Positions 38,724 through 49,699 are shown, numbered from the stretch's first letter. The stretch is DNA of 64,000 bases from Candidatus Latescibacterota bacterium (GCA_965222605.1 OZ244960.1:3200001-3264000); one strand, 5' to 3'. Made by a program: numbers and translations. Notes: generated by a model not told the origin, from the letters alone.

Positions 38724-41700
38724 TCATATCTCAACCGGGACCATTTTGTGCGTCTGGGGCTGATATGCCATGCCGGTGAGCAATTTTTCGAGTGTGTTGG
38801 TGATGCGGAAGACAACGCGATTTTTGCCTTGTTTGAGATAGGTTGTTTTGCCAGTCCAGCTATAGGGTGGCCAGGCGCGCACGCCCAAAGACTGACCGTT
38901 AATGGTTATTTCGACGATGTCGGCGAGGTTTTTTACGGTGTGTTCGAGGTCAATTTTGAAACGCGCGGTTCTGGGAAGGGTTTTGAAATCGATGTCTCGG
39001 GTGTATGACACGGTGCCAGCATAGAAGGGTAGCCCCTGCGTTTTGAGGTCAAAAATTGGACCGTTATCTTGAAGGAGTGCGAGCCTGGGGTAGATGTTTC
39101 GCCAGGATTTGAGTTGAAAACGTCCAAAGAGATACAGGGCATCGACGAGGCCATCGCCCGAGCTGTTGTTTTCCACACGGATGGCGATCACATTTTTGCC
39201 CTTGTTTATGCGTTGTCCTACAGAACACGTCGCGTTGGCGTGATCGAATCGGAAGGTGGGACGAAAAGCATTGCTCGGCAATTTGAAACCGTTGATGTAG
39301 ATCTGATACTCCCCTTGAATAGCACTTCGATCCATGACCAGGGATAGTTTACTGGGGACGATGTCCGAGATAAAGGTTGTTCGGTACCAACAAATCGTTT
39401 TCTCTTTTAAGTCGTCAAAAGGTTTCGGGCGCGTTTCGAGCCACCTGCTATCGCTATAAGCTGGTTGATGCCAGCCCTGTCGCTTGCCTGTGTTAGACGG
39501 GTCGAGTTTCATTTTGAATTTGTCCAGGCGCAGGGCGTTATCTTCTTCTGTATCGACTTTCCAGGGACCTGTTAAATCGAGTTTGAGTGTTTCTATCAAC
39601 GGCTCTTCTTTTTCTTTTTTTTCAGAGCCTGTTACGATCATATGTGATTGCAGCCGATCAAAGGAGAGGTTGATGCGGCTCATTTCTCCGGTGGGTTCGG
39701 CCGCAAGCGGTGTGCGGTTGCCCGTTTCTAAATCCCATTTTTCTATCTGTCCATCGCAGGCGGGCATATAAATTTGGGTTGCAACGGGCGAATTCTCCTG
39801 ATTGGAAAAAAAGAATATGTGATGTTTTTCATGGGTGCGGTGGTGATATTGTATTGCGTCGGTGCTTTTCCCTTCTGACATGATGCGTACTCGCCGGGGC
39901 AGAATTTCGTCGAGCAGGCGTTCCAGCATGGATGTCGCTTGATTTTTTTCTACAGTACCCCCCGTGCGGATAAACAAGAAGTTGTCTCGACTCAGCAGGT
40001 GGACGCCCGATTCGTGGCCTGTATAATCGCGAATCATTCGCCCGGGGTCCATGTCGGTCAATCGCGAAAATCCCTCGACGACGGATGTGCCCTCTTGAAT
40101 ATCCTCAATGGGCAATAACCCCAGGGCGATGACGAGACCGCCTGCAATGATAAATGCGCGTAGCTTATCAAAAGCTTCGCGTTCCAGATTGGTGATAGGG
40201 GGAATGATCAGGACCTTGTAGCGCGTTTTGCCGATCTGCAATTGGCGGTTGATGATTTCTGCCTGGGCGAGAAGGGTCGGGTCAAGGCTTTGAAATGGTC
40301 GCTGCATCTGATACAGGGCGCGGGCAATACATGCCCAGTCGGCAACGAGGTGATTGGTCAGTGTTTCTTCATCGGGATCATAGCCGATATAAGACCAGTT
40401 GTGAAACGGGTGTGCGAGATGTGACCACAGGCTGGTGACGGGATCGAGGAGTGCTATATCGGCTACTTGCTGTCCCTGGCTTAAGAGATGTGCGAGTCGC
40501 CCCGCGTAGTCAGACAGCAGGTGGAAGTGTTTCCAGTAGGGATTTTGGTGAAATATAGATGTGGCGTGTTTGCGCAACCCGTCGAGTGTGTAGTAGAGGG
40601 CGTGGGGGGCAAAGAAGTTGGTTCCGTGGATGCCGAGGGTATCGAGCTGTGCTTTCATATCTTGTAGCGTGGTCGCCCAGCCCGTGTTTTGGAAACAGGT
40701 ATTGAGTACGCGGGAAGTGCTTGTTTGCGCGGCGAGTGCGGTTGCAAATTCTGGGCTGTGGCGATATGATACGGCGTATTCTTTGGCGCGTTTAACGCCG
40801 AGGCCACCGCTTGTACCAGGTATGGGTATGGAAGAGCGATGGGCATTGCGAAGCGGGGTTATATCGCTCGCATAATTGAGGTCGTGCTCTTTGCACCAGT
40901 CGGCACTGCGCGCGCTGTCGTGTCGCTGTTGCAGTTCGCCCAGGGTTTGGAAATAATCGTAGCGAATGCGGCTCGTGTTGGGACCAAAGTAGGTTATGAG
41001 GGCAGGCAAGCAAGGGAGGAGATTGTAACCATTGCGCGTTTTAAAGTATTCGGGCAATACGGGTGACCAGAGCAGGCGATCGTTGGGGAAATGCGTTTCT
41101 GCGGTTAAAATACCCTTTAAGGTTTTGCCCTGATAAGCGGAAAAGTGCTCGATATAGGGTTGTTGAATGGTCTGGTGCAGGGTGCGGACAGACTCTGGAT
41201 TGAACCGATCGAGGTGTGAGCCAGGACAATCGCTGGTTGCCGAGGGTTCTTGCAAAAAAACGAGCACGCGCCAACGTCCGGCAGGTGCTTTCCAGTACAG
41301 TCGTCGGGTGGGATTAAAAGATACATAAGTGTAGGGATGGTAGGCGGTCAAAGCGTTGTTGCTGTGCAATTTGTGGTGTTGATGATTGACCCCCAGATAA
41401 GCACTGATATCTTGTTTGTCTTCCCACAGACAGCGGTCTCTTCGCAAGGGAACGGCAAGTGCTTGCAACACGGGTGCCCAGGGCAGCGTGAGGTCAACTT
41501 GTTGCCCGCCCTGTACAACGGTTTCGCGAAAGGTGAGTTGTTGTGCGATGAATTGGGGATGATTTAAGGTGATTTGGGTTGATCCAATACCACCTGGATA
41601 GCGGTATTCGTCGTGGATCCAGACATGGAGGCCACATTCTTCTGCTGTTTCGAGTGCCAATTTTACGCGATCGAACCATATGTGAGACAAATAAGGCGTT

Positions 41701-41870
41701 TTTAGCCCAGGACCTGTTGATAGGCAAAATCCACCAAGCCCTTTTTCGCTCATTTCGCGAATTTGACGAACGAGTTCGTTTTCTTCTATGATGCCGTTCC
41801 ATATCCAAAATGGAACGAGGCGGTCAGCAGCAGGGGGGGTGATGAAATTTTTAGGGTTCATAAGTTTCAA
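38724..41870 (-). CDS. Glycoside hydrolase, GH106 (alpha-L-rhamnosidase)-like, with C-terminal beta-sandwich domains
   Basis: PFWIWNG, WIHDEYRYPGG, QNPYWKHF, GLPFYAGTVSY and RITNTL motifs. Confidence 0.75.
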   Translation of the reverse strand: MKLMNPKNFITPPAADRLVPFWIWNGIIEENELVRQIREMSEKGLGGFCLSTGPGLKTPYLSHIWFDRVKLALETAEECGLHVWIHDEYRYPGGIGSTQITLNHPQFIAQQLTFRETVVQGGQQVDLTLPWAPVLQALAVPLRRDRCLWEDKQDISAYLGVNHQHHKLHSNNALTAYHPYTYVSFNPTRRLYWKAPAGRWRVLVFLQEPSATSDCPGSHLDRFNPESVRTLHQTIQQPYIEHFSAYQGKTLKGILTAETHFPNDRLLWSPVLPEYFKTRNGYNLLPCLPALITYFGPNTSRIRYDYFQTLGELQQRHDSARSADWCKEHDLNYASDITPLRNAHRSSIPIPGTSGGLGVKRAKEYAVSYRHSPEFATALAAQTSTSRVLNTCFQNTGWATTLQDMKAQLDTLGIHGTNFFAPHALYYTLDGLRKHATSIFHQNPYWKHFHLLSDYAGRLAHLLSQGQQVADIALLDPVTSLWSHLAHPFHNWSYIGYDPDEETLTNHLVADWACIARALYQMQRPFQSLDPTLLAQAEIINRQLQIGKTRYKVLIIPPITNLEREAFDKLRAFIIAGGLVIALGLLPIEDIQEGTSVVEGFSRLTDMDPGRMIRDYTGHESGVHLLSRDNFLFIRTGGTVEKNQATSMLERLLDEILPRRVRIMSEGKSTDAIQYHHRTHEKHHIFFFSNQENSPVATQIYMPACDGQIEKWDLETGNRTPLAAEPTGEMSRINLSFDRLQSHMIVTGSEKKEKEEPLIETLKLDLTGPWKVDTEEDNALRLDKFKMKLDPSNTGKRQGWHQPAYSDSRWLETRPKPFDDLKEKTICWYRTTFISDIVPSKLSLVMDRSAIQGEYQIYINGFKLPSNAFRPTFRFDHANATCSVGQRINKGKNVIAIRVENNSSGDGLVDALYLFGRFQLKSWRNIYPRLALLQDNGPIFDLKTQGLPFYAGTVSYTRDIDFKTLPRTARFKIDLEHTVKNLADIVEITINGQSLGVRAWPPYSWTGKTTYLKQGKNRVVFRITNTLEKLLTGMAYQPQTHKMVPVEI

Positions 41871-41923
41871 GGGATTATGACTCGCGGTGAAGTAATGGCA
41901 TGAGATTTTTTGGGCAAAATACG

Positions 41924-42157
41924 TTAGTTGACGTCAGCACAAGTCTGACAAATATATGTTACTACCCGGCCGTGCAGACGAATACGGGTGAGTTTAATCT
42001 CTCCTTCTCGCTGTTTGCACTGCGCGCACGGACGGTCTAATTTGGGGGAGGTAAGGGCCGCGCAGGTATCACAGCGATAAAGGACGCGTTTTTTTCCGTT
42101 TTCGATATGCGTTTGCGCTTTTGTTGCCGGAACTTTGCCACATTGTTCGCAAATCAA
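41924..42157 (-). CDS. Small zinc-finger protein (McsA N-terminus-like)
   Basis: Four CxxC motifs in 77 aa; TTG start with GAGG RBS. Confidence 0.6.
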   Translation of the reverse strand: MICEQCGKVPATKAQTHIENGKKRVLYRCDTCAALTSPKLDRPCAQCKQREGEIKLTRIRLHGRVVTYICQTCADVN

Positions 42158-42346
42158 TGGCGTAACCTCGCGTTTTGAGATGCCCGCGCTCCGTTTGTTT
42201 ATAACCCCGAAAAATTTAATGCCTGTATAAAAAAAGTCAAGGTATTTTAGTAAATTATTGTTTTATCAAGATCTTAAAAAAAGATATAAGCTATTAAAAT
42301 ACGCACTTGTCAACAGAAAGCCTTATCTTTATACTATCGAGGTATT

Positions 42347-42958
42347 ATGAACGAGCAAATTTATGGTCTTGTGCTGGCCGCGGGTATGGCGCGGCGCATG
42401 GGGTCAACCAAACAGTTGTTGCCTTTTGGCGATAGAACGATTCTTCAAACGGTGGTCGATACACTACACGGTGCTGATCTGGCTGGTGTCGCGGTGGTTT
42501 TGGGACACGATGCAGATGCTGTGCGGAAGAGTTTGCACGGTCGGCCCGTGCTGTGTTGTGTGAATGACGCCTACCGCGAGGGGATGTTTTCCAGTGTTCT
42601 TTGCGGCCTACGCCATTTGCCTGCAGATGCAGATGCCGTGCTTATCGCTCTTGGCGATCAGCCTCAGATTGAATTGCGCGTTGTTCAGGCTGTGGTGCAG
42701 GCATACCGCGAAGGCGACCGGGGTATTGTGATTCCCATATCGGGTGGGAAGCGCGGGCATCCGGTGCTGATCAATTTGTCGCGTTACCGGGGCGAGATTT
42801 TGGAGCTTTCAGGAGATGAGGGTCTCAAGCCGGTTATGCGCGGACACTCGCACGACACACTGGAGGTGCCGGTAGATGACGAGGGAATTTTGCGGGATTT
42901 GGATACGCCAGAAGATTATCGATCTGAGATTGAGAGGCGGAGAACAAGTGGAGAATAG
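42347..42958 (+). CDS. MocA/MobA-like nucleotidyltransferase
   Basis: LAAGMARRMG..KQLL, LGDQP, GHPV and DLDTPEDY motifs. Confidence 0.88.
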   Translation: MNEQIYGLVLAAGMARRMGSTKQLLPFGDRTILQTVVDTLHGADLAGVAVVLGHDADAVRKSLHGRPVLCCVNDAYREGMFSSVLCGLRHLPADADAVLIALGDQPQIELRVVQAVVQAYREGDRGIVIPISGGKRGHPVLINLSRYRGEILELSGDEGLKPVMRGHSHDTLEVPVDDEGILRDLDTPEDYRSEIERRRTSGE

Positions 42959-42961
42959 CAG

Positions 42962-44011
42962 ATGTTAACAAAAGATGTCGAGAGTGCATTAAAAAAAGGG
43001 CAGGTGATTCCCGCACATCCATTGGCGCTGACTGCCCAGCGGAAGTTGGATGATCGGCGGCAGCAGGCGTTGTCGCGCTATTATATTGCAGCTGGTGCGG
43101 GGGGATTGGCCGTGGGTGTGCATACGACGCAATTTGAAATCCGCGATCCCGAATGGGATTTGTATCGGCCCGTTTTGGAGTTGGCAACGTGTGTGATGGA
43201 TGCCGATGCGCCGGCTGATTTTATCCGCGTGGCAGGCATTGTGGGCAATACGCGACAGGCGGTATCAGAAGCAGAAATAGCGCGTGATTGCGGTTATCAG
43301 ATCGGGTTGGTGAGTTTGCGCGCTTTTGCCAATGCGGGTGTGGATGCGATGGTTGCACACTGCCGTGCCGTGGCCGATGTGATTCCGGTGATGGGGTTTT
43401 ATCTGCAACCGGCTGTGGGAGGGTGTGTATTGCCGTTTGATTTTTGGCGGCGTTTTGCAGAGATTGAGTCTGTGGTGGGTATTAAGATCGCGCCTTTTAA
43501 TCGGTATCAGACGCTGGATGTGATTCGCGGGGTTGTGGCTGCGGGACGGGTAGAGGATATTGCGCTATATACGGGCAATGACGACAATATTGTGATGGAT
43601 TTGTTGACGACGCACCGGTTTGTGTGCGATGGCGCGTGTGTGGATGTGCGTATTGTGGGTGGGCTTTTGGGGCACTGGGCGGTGTGGACAAAGCGGGCGG
43701 TGGAAATATTGAGGAAGTGTCACAAAATAGCCCAATTGGGTGCTGTGCCGCAGGAAATGCTCACGCGGGCGATTGAGGTGACAGATTGCAATGCGGCGTT
43801 TTTTGATGTGCCCAATGCGTTTCACGGGTGTATTGCCGGCGTTCACGAGGTGTTGCGAAGGCAGGGGCTTCTCGAGGGTATCTGGTGTCTAAATCCCGAA
43901 GAGGGTCTGTCGCCGGGACAAGCGGAGGAGATCTATCGCGTGTATGCTGCTTATCCGCATTTGAATGACGACGCATTTGTGGCGGAACATTTGGATGCGT
44001 GGTTGCAGTGA
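42962..44011 (+). CDS. DHDPS/NAL-family aldolase-like protein
   Basis: GVHTTQF, FYLQP, GIKIAPF and YTGNDD motifs. Confidence 0.85.
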   Translation: MLTKDVESALKKGQVIPAHPLALTAQRKLDDRRQQALSRYYIAAGAGGLAVGVHTTQFEIRDPEWDLYRPVLELATCVMDADAPADFIRVAGIVGNTRQAVSEAEIARDCGYQIGLVSLRAFANAGVDAMVAHCRAVADVIPVMGFYLQPAVGGCVLPFDFWRRFAEIESVVGIKIAPFNRYQTLDVIRGVVAAGRVEDIALYTGNDDNIVMDLLTTHRFVCDGACVDVRIVGGLLGHWAVWTKRAVEILRKCHKIAQLGAVPQEMLTRAIEVTDCNAAFFDVPNAFHGCIAGVHEVLRRQGLLEGIWCLNPEEGLSPGQAEEIYRVYAAYPHLNDDAFVAEHLDAWLQ

Positions 44012-44124
44012 GGTGAGGGATGAATTTTGTTGACTTGCAATGTGTCGCTGTGCATGATGAGTGGGCTGGGAATAAAATAGAAGCTCGATAATGGTAATTT
44101 TTAACTGATTGAAGGAGGTTTGCC

Positions 44125-45534
44125 GTGAAGATGCATATTGGTGGTCAATGGGTGGATAAGTCCGAGAAGATCGATGTGATCAATCCATTTGACAATTCGG
44201 TGGTGGATACGGTGCCAAAAGGCGATGCCGTAGATGCAGAGGTGGCGATTGCGACAGCCGTGCGAGGGGCCAAAGCGATGGCGGCTTTGACGGCTTATGA
44301 GCGGTATGAAATTTTGCATAGAGCCGTGAATTTGATGCATGAACGGGTTGAGGATTTGGGGCGCACGATTACGCTGGAAGAGGGCAAGGTTCTGGCTGAG
44401 GGCATCGGCGAAGCCAGGCGGGCGATTGAGACGATGACGCTGTCTGCGGAGGAGTCCAAGCGGTTGTACGGCGAGACTATTCCGCTGGATGGTGGTTCGG
44501 GGGTGCGCGATCAGTTTGGTTTTACCCTGCGCGTGCCGTGTGGGGTGGTGCTGGCGATTACGCCGTTTAATTTTCCCCTGAATCTGGTGTGCCATAAGGT
44601 GGGACCTGCACTGGCTGCGGGCAATGCGGTGATTGTGAAGCCAGCAACAGATACGCCGCTTTCGGCGCTGAAGCTGGTGGAGATATTGGTGGAGGCCGGT
44701 GTGCCTGCCGAGGCGGTGCAGTGTATTACGGGACCGGGGGGCGATTTGGGCAATGCGCTGTGTTCGGATAGCCGCGTGCGCAAGATCAGTTTTACGGGTA
44801 GCCGCGATGTGGGCGAGACGATTTGCAACGTGGCGGGGTTGAAGAAGGTGACGATGGAGTTGGGTTCTAACGCGCCTTTGATTGTGATGCCCGATGCGGA
44901 TTTGGATCAGGTGGCTGCTGCGACGGCAGCATCGGGTTTTGCCAATGCCGGGCAGGTGTGTATTTCGGCGCAGCGGGTGATTGTAAATGATGCGGTTTAT
45001 GGCGATTTTATCGATGCGTTGACGCCAAAGGTCGAGGCGCTGACAACGGGCAATCCCATTGCTGATGGCGTGACAATGGGGCCGATGGTGAGGGAGCGCG
45101 ATGCCGAGCGCGTGCAAGCGTGGATTCAGGATGCGGTGGGGGCTGGTGCGCGTCTTGTGACGGGCGGCGAGCGCGATGGTGCGATTTATCAACCGACGAT
45201 TCTTGCGGATGTGGATCCGAGTATGAAAATTTCATGCGATGAATTGTTTGGGCCTGCGGTGGGTATTACGCGGTTTGACGATATTGACGCGGCTATTGCG
45301 ATGGCTAATGATACGAATTACGGTTTGAGTGCTGCGTTGTTTACAGAGAATATCCACTGGGCGATGCGGTTTGCGCGGGAGGTTCATTCGGGCAATATCC
45401 ACGTCAATTGGGGTACGCAATGGCGTGCGGATTTGATGCCCTACGGTGGGCTGAAGGATAGTGGGATGGGCAAGGAGGGTCCGAAGTACGCGGTGGAAGA
45501 GATGACGGAAACAAAGATGGTGGTGTTTCATTAA
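44125..45534 (+). CDS. NAD(P)-dependent aldehyde dehydrogenase
   Basis: ITPFNFP, FTGS, MELGSN, AGQVC and ELFGP motifs. Confidence 0.95.
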   Translation: MKMHIGGQWVDKSEKIDVINPFDNSVVDTVPKGDAVDAEVAIATAVRGAKAMAALTAYERYEILHRAVNLMHERVEDLGRTITLEEGKVLAEGIGEARRAIETMTLSAEESKRLYGETIPLDGGSGVRDQFGFTLRVPCGVVLAITPFNFPLNLVCHKVGPALAAGNAVIVKPATDTPLSALKLVEILVEAGVPAEAVQCITGPGGDLGNALCSDSRVRKISFTGSRDVGETICNVAGLKKVTMELGSNAPLIVMPDADLDQVAAATAASGFANAGQVCISAQRVIVNDAVYGDFIDALTPKVEALTTGNPIADGVTMGPMVRERDAERVQAWIQDAVGAGARLVTGGERDGAIYQPTILADVDPSMKISCDELFGPAVGITRFDDIDAAIAMANDTNYGLSAALFTENIHWAMRFAREVHSGNIHVNWGTQWRADLMPYGGLKDSGMGKEGPKYAVEEMTETKMVVFH

Positions 45535-45552
45535 AGTTGTCTATAAGGTACG

Positions 45553-45588
45553 AAAAAACGGCTTCTCAATTGAGAAGCCGTTTTTTTT
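45553..45588. terminator. Bidirectional intrinsic terminator
   Basis: AAAAAACGGCTTCTCAATTGAGAAGCCGTTTTTT perfect palindrome between convergent genes. Confidence 0.85.
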
Positions 45589-47128
45589 ACCAATTCTCCA
45601 CGAGTCCAGCATAAGGCGCGTGTTCAAATCGGCAGGGCGATTCGACGAGGCGCGGGTCGTTTTGTTCGCGCAGGATTTGCATGAGTGCGGTGGAGAGTTC
45701 TTTGCGGATGGGGTCGTATTCGGGGTCGTCGGCGATGTTGTTCAGGTAGTGCGGATCAACGCGCAGGTCGTAGAGTTCTTCACGCGGGCGTTTGCCAAAG
45801 CCAATTTCGAATAGTTCTTGTACGTCTTTTTCTGCGCGGTGGTGAATCATATAGGCTTTTGTTGGGCTGGCATCCATGTCGGGATAGGCGACGCGGGTGT
45901 TCCATGTCAGGTCTTCAGCAGAAGGGGCTTCTGCATGCAGATCGTCGAGTCCTTGTGGATCGCCCATGGGCCAGCGGTCGGGTGCAAAGTTGTGGATGTA
46001 GAGAAAGTTGCCAGTGCGGATGGCGCGTTGCGGATAGGGCAGTTGGCCTTCTCTTGCGGTGCCAACGTGCCGTTCTCGGCCGGTGATGACAAAGGTGCGG
46101 TTGGGGTCAACCAGACCGCTTTGGTCGCTTTTGAGAACGGGGAGCAGGTTTTTGCCGGTCATGGTATTGGGGATGTTTACGCCTGCGGCTTCGAGGAATG
46201 TGGGGGCGAGGTCCATGAGGTTGACAAAGTCGTCAACGGTGCGTCCCGCGGGGATGTTGTTGGGCCAGCGTGCGGCAAGGACGACTTCGCAGCCGATGTC
46301 GTAGAGGTTGCATTTGCCGCGTGGAAAGCCCGGTATGCCGTGGTCGCCGCTGACGACGATGAGGGTGTTGTCGAGTTCGCCGATTTCTTCGAGGCGCTGG
46401 ATCAAGACGCCCAGGCCGGCGTCAACGGCCTGACATTCGCCCAGGTAGTCGCATACGTCTTCGCGGATGTCGTGTACATCGGGCAAGAAGTCGGGTAAGC
46501 GGCCTTTGAGGTCGTCGGGTTCCAGGTCCCATAAGGCTTTGCCCGAGCCGCGTTCCCAAGTGCGGTGGGTGTTAGTGGGGCCCCACCAGTAGCAGAAGGG
46601 TGTGTTTTGGGGACGGGCGTCGAGGAATGAATTGAAGTTGTCGCGGGTTTCGTTCAGGAGGGCTTGTTTGGCACCTTCAACGCCCAATTCACCGGCGTTT
46701 TTGGTTACCCAGTGCGAGAATCCCCGATAGTTGGTGCCTGCGGATTCATAGCGGGTTCGGTCGGCGCCATAAGGGGCATTGGCGGCTTTTCCGGGTGACC
46801 AGACTTTGTAGGTGTAGCCGATGTGGTATCCCGCTTTTTCGAGTTCGAGGGGGTAAGTGGGGATGCTTTCGTCCCATATCGCACCTTGCAAGATCGCGCC
46901 GAGGCCGGTTTGCCAGAAGTATTGTCCAGAGAGGATGGAGCTTCGGCAGGGGGTGCAACTCGGCGCGGGTACAAAGGCGTTGGTGAATAATGCGCCTTCG
47001 CGGGCTATGCGATCAAAGTTGGGGGTGTCGATGAGCTGGTTGAGCGAGTTGGGGCCTTCAATGCGCTGATAAGCGCTGGCGTAACGCCCCCAGTCGTCGG
47101 CAAATGCAAAGAGGATGTTGGGTTGCAT
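45587..47128 (-). CDS. Sulfatase (Cys-type)
   Basis: PNILFAFADD, CTPCRS and SGDHG motifs. Confidence 0.92.
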   Translation of the reverse strand: MQPNILFAFADDWGRYASAYQRIEGPNSLNQLIDTPNFDRIAREGALFTNAFVPAPSCTPCRSSILSGQYFWQTGLGAILQGAIWDESIPTYPLELEKAGYHIGYTYKVWSPGKAANAPYGADRTRYESAGTNYRGFSHWVTKNAGELGVEGAKQALLNETRDNFNSFLDARPQNTPFCYWWGPTNTHRTWERGSGKALWDLEPDDLKGRLPDFLPDVHDIREDVCDYLGECQAVDAGLGVLIQRLEEIGELDNTLIVVSGDHGIPGFPRGKCNLYDIGCEVVLAARWPNNIPAGRTVDDFVNLMDLAPTFLEAAGVNIPNTMTGKNLLPVLKSDQSGLVDPNRTFVITGRERHVGTAREGQLPYPQRAIRTGNFLYIHNFAPDRWPMGDPQGLDDLHAEAPSAEDLTWNTRVAYPDMDASPTKAYMIHHRAEKDVQELFEIGFGKRPREELYDLRVDPHYLNNIADDPEYDPIRKELSTALMQILREQNDPRLVESPCRFEHAPYAGLVENW

Positions 47129-47205
47129 GAATTTCTCCGTATAGATGAAGAGGTGATTGCTTAAAAACCATAAGGAACTACAGATAGAAGGATATTTAAA
47201 CAAAG

Positions 47206-47245
47206 AAAAACGCCGCGCTGGTATGACCAAGCGGGGCGTTTTTTT
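47206..47245. terminator. Terminator-like hairpin downstream of the DUF5131 operon
   Basis: AAAAACGCC...GGCGTTTTT. Confidence 0.6.
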
Positions 47246-47331
47246 AGAGAGCACCCCAGACACGCATCAAGGTAAAAGAGAACACTTTATCTCTTTAACA
47301 CTTCATTAGGATGAGCTTAGCCAGAGGTCGT

Positions 47332-48099
47332 TTAGAATAATGATGTCTGTGAGGTCTGTTCTTGATAGGACGACAGGCTGGAAGAACGAGAGAAGACAGG
47401 AGGCATTTCGTTCCATTCCCGACCTTCCAATAACCGTCCAGCCTTTTTTTTATTTGTACCTCCCCATTGTTTAAAAAAGAACGGGACCTTAGCATCTAAG
47501 CACTGATCTCGGATATTGATAACCCATTCCTCTTTCATGATACGGCTGCGTGGTCCCGATTCACCTCCGACAATCACCCAATTAATCTGGTTGAGTTCCA
47601 AATTATCAATAGGCCCGAGAAGTGGTTCTATCGAAAGAAATTTGATAAAGGCATTGGTCGTTCTGAGGCAATCAATACGCCAAGTGTAATCACAATTCTC
47701 GACGCTAACACCCATCCAAACATTATTGGGCCAATCGATGAACTCAGAAACTTGCTGCAGGCGGTCTGCTCGTTTGGAGAGTATCTGAAACTCATGCCAG
47801 TGAGCCCTTCTCATTACATCGAAGCACTTCTGGATAAAGGAGATAGGCACATCTTCGTGAAACATATCGCTCATAGAATTTACAAAAACGATTCGTGGCT
47901 TCTTCCACTTCAGTGGCAGTTCTAACATATGCTCGTGAAGCGCGAGGTCGAATCCATTTTTGTAGTTCCGATTGCTCATTGCCTGCAAGCGTTTTGCCAT
48001 CCTTTCAGCATAGCAAAATTTACAACCAGGGCTGATCTTGGTACATCCGGTTAAAGGATTCCAAGTCGCCTCAGTCCACTCGATCTTTGATTTTGTCAT
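47332..48099 (-). CDS. DUF5131 (phage Gp37/Gp68-like) three-Cys radical-SAM-like protein
   Basis: [38 protein letters not shown] and FFKQWGG motifs. Confidence 0.92.
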   Translation of the reverse strand: MTKSKIEWTEATWNPLTGCTKISPGCKFCYAERMAKRLQAMSNRNYKNGFDLALHEHMLELPLKWKKPRIVFVNSMSDMFHEDVPISFIQKCFDVMRRAHWHEFQILSKRADRLQQVSEFIDWPNNVWMGVSVENCDYTWRIDCLRTTNAFIKFLSIEPLLGPIDNLELNQINWVIVGGESGPRSRIMKEEWVINIRDQCLDAKVPFFFKQWGGTNKKKAGRLLEGREWNEMPPVFSRSSSLSSYQEQTSQTSLF

Positions 48100-48113
48100 T
48101 ACATAGCTCCCCT

Positions 48114-48939
48114 CTATTGTGAAAAAATATCTTCGACAATATTCGCTGCAACCGGCTGCTGTGAAGCAAAAAAGAGGTAGTAAAGCGTTGCATCTGTCGA
48201 ATTTTTAAAGGGGAGGGGGACGGTACATATTGGAAACCGGCTTTGTTTTTGAGTCGATCTTGAAACGCACGGGCAACAATGTCATTATCGGCAACTTTTT
48301 CGATTGCATTATTATCGAAAAGATGAATCTGTTGTGACTCGGAATAAACAATATCACGCCAAGACTCATCGCCCCAAAAGGCATTCATCCGATTGATATT
48401 GTTTTGTGAAACTTTTTCGGGATGTCGCCAAAATACATTTCGATTCATGTCCATTGTGGGGAAGTTCAGAAATATTTCTACACTTTTCATTTGACCAGCT
48501 TGTAAAATAACCTCCCAATTTAAATCCAGTTTGTAGGGATCCAGAAGGCAGAGTGCTCTTCGATAGTCTTTATATTGTACTTCGGGGAAAATACGATTTA
48601 TCAATAAGTTGTTACAGTCTCCATTGCTAATATGGACACGATCATGGTTTTGGGCAAGGTCTTCTAAAATGTCTGTTTTATTGCTGTCCATATCAATGAA
48701 GTAGTAATCATCAAAGCGTGTTCGGTTTCAAGGGCTATCCAAGGACTACCTTGTATAACTCGACCTTTGTCTGTTTTAGAAAGGTGAAAACCTGGTCCTG
48801 AGAAAGCATCGATGTAGGCATGGGAAAGATTGTCTTGTTTGGATAATATCACGGAATATGCACTTGCATATTTCTGAATAATCTCCAGCTTTATTTCTGA
48901 CCAAAAGCCGATTTCATCTATGTTTTCAAATTCTGCCAT
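48114..48939 (-). pseudogene. Three-Cys-motif partner protein (TcmP-like), two frameshifts as assembled
   Basis: WSEIKLEII, YIDAFSGPG, GSP, GDCN, LLDPY and LYYLFFAS occur in successive frames, with breaks near 48718 and 48210. Confidence 0.8.
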
Positions 48940-48961
48940 GGTGTTTCGTTTTTCATAATCA

Positions 48962-49699
48962 TCACGTACCGTCAGACGAATTAAATTGAACAATCTTCTT
49001 CCATAAAATTTGTCCTTCCGAATCACAAAAGGCTTGCATAAACTCCATAGTAAATTTGTTGACGACCTTACTGTACTCATTCAAAAACTGATCATTCTTT
49101 TCTTTCGCTTTATGCCCAAGCGGCTCAATAATCTCAGTATATAAAGACTCATTTCCCGAAATAAATGACCAAAACTGCTGTCCGCACAATTTGAGGTAAT
49201 CTCCTTTATTTGGCCGACTTTCTCTGCCATAGCAACATCCATTGACGGCCACTATATTTGTATAATAAACATTACCTCCCAAAATCCTTTTGGCTTTACT
49301 GAAATTATCCCGCATCTTTCCAATTTGACTGCTATTTCCCCAGTTTGGGCCAGATTTGATAGAGACGATATATTTTGTTTGATCTCGTTCAAACTCCAGA
49401 TCAATTCCTTCTGCCGAGGACTTTCTTCCGCCAAATACTTGATTACAGACAAAAATAGCCAGATCTTCCAGGAATCCTCCAAATAATCCTTCTTCTGAAG
49501 AAGACAAAAAGGCGTCCAGAATATTTTTAATGAGATCACCTGCGGTAGTGATGTTTTTGGCCTTAAATAGATAGGGATTTTTTCGTTTGAGAACGCTTTC
49601 CAGCTTTAGTGTCTCAAGCTTTTCCAGGCGGTTTTGATGAAACCGAGGAATATTGAATTCAACATACTCAACAATTTCATGCTGTGTGATGGGTTTCAT
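48962..49699 (-). CDS. Type II restriction endonuclease (PmeII-like)
   Basis: RKNPYLF, GIDLEF and SIKSGPNWGNSSQ; overlaps the methyltransferase end. Confidence 0.8.
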   Translation of the reverse strand: MKPITQHEIVEYVEFNIPRFHQNRLEKLETLKLESVLKRKNPYLFKAKNITTAGDLIKNILDAFLSSSEEGLFGGFLEDLAIFVCNQVFGGRKSSAEGIDLEFERDQTKYIVSIKSGPNWGNSSQIGKMRDNFSKAKRILGGNVYYTNIVAVNGCCYGRESRPNKGDYLKLCGQQFWSFISGNESLYTEIIEPLGHKAKEKNDQFLNEYSKVVNKFTMEFMQAFCDSEGQILWKKIVQFNSSDGT

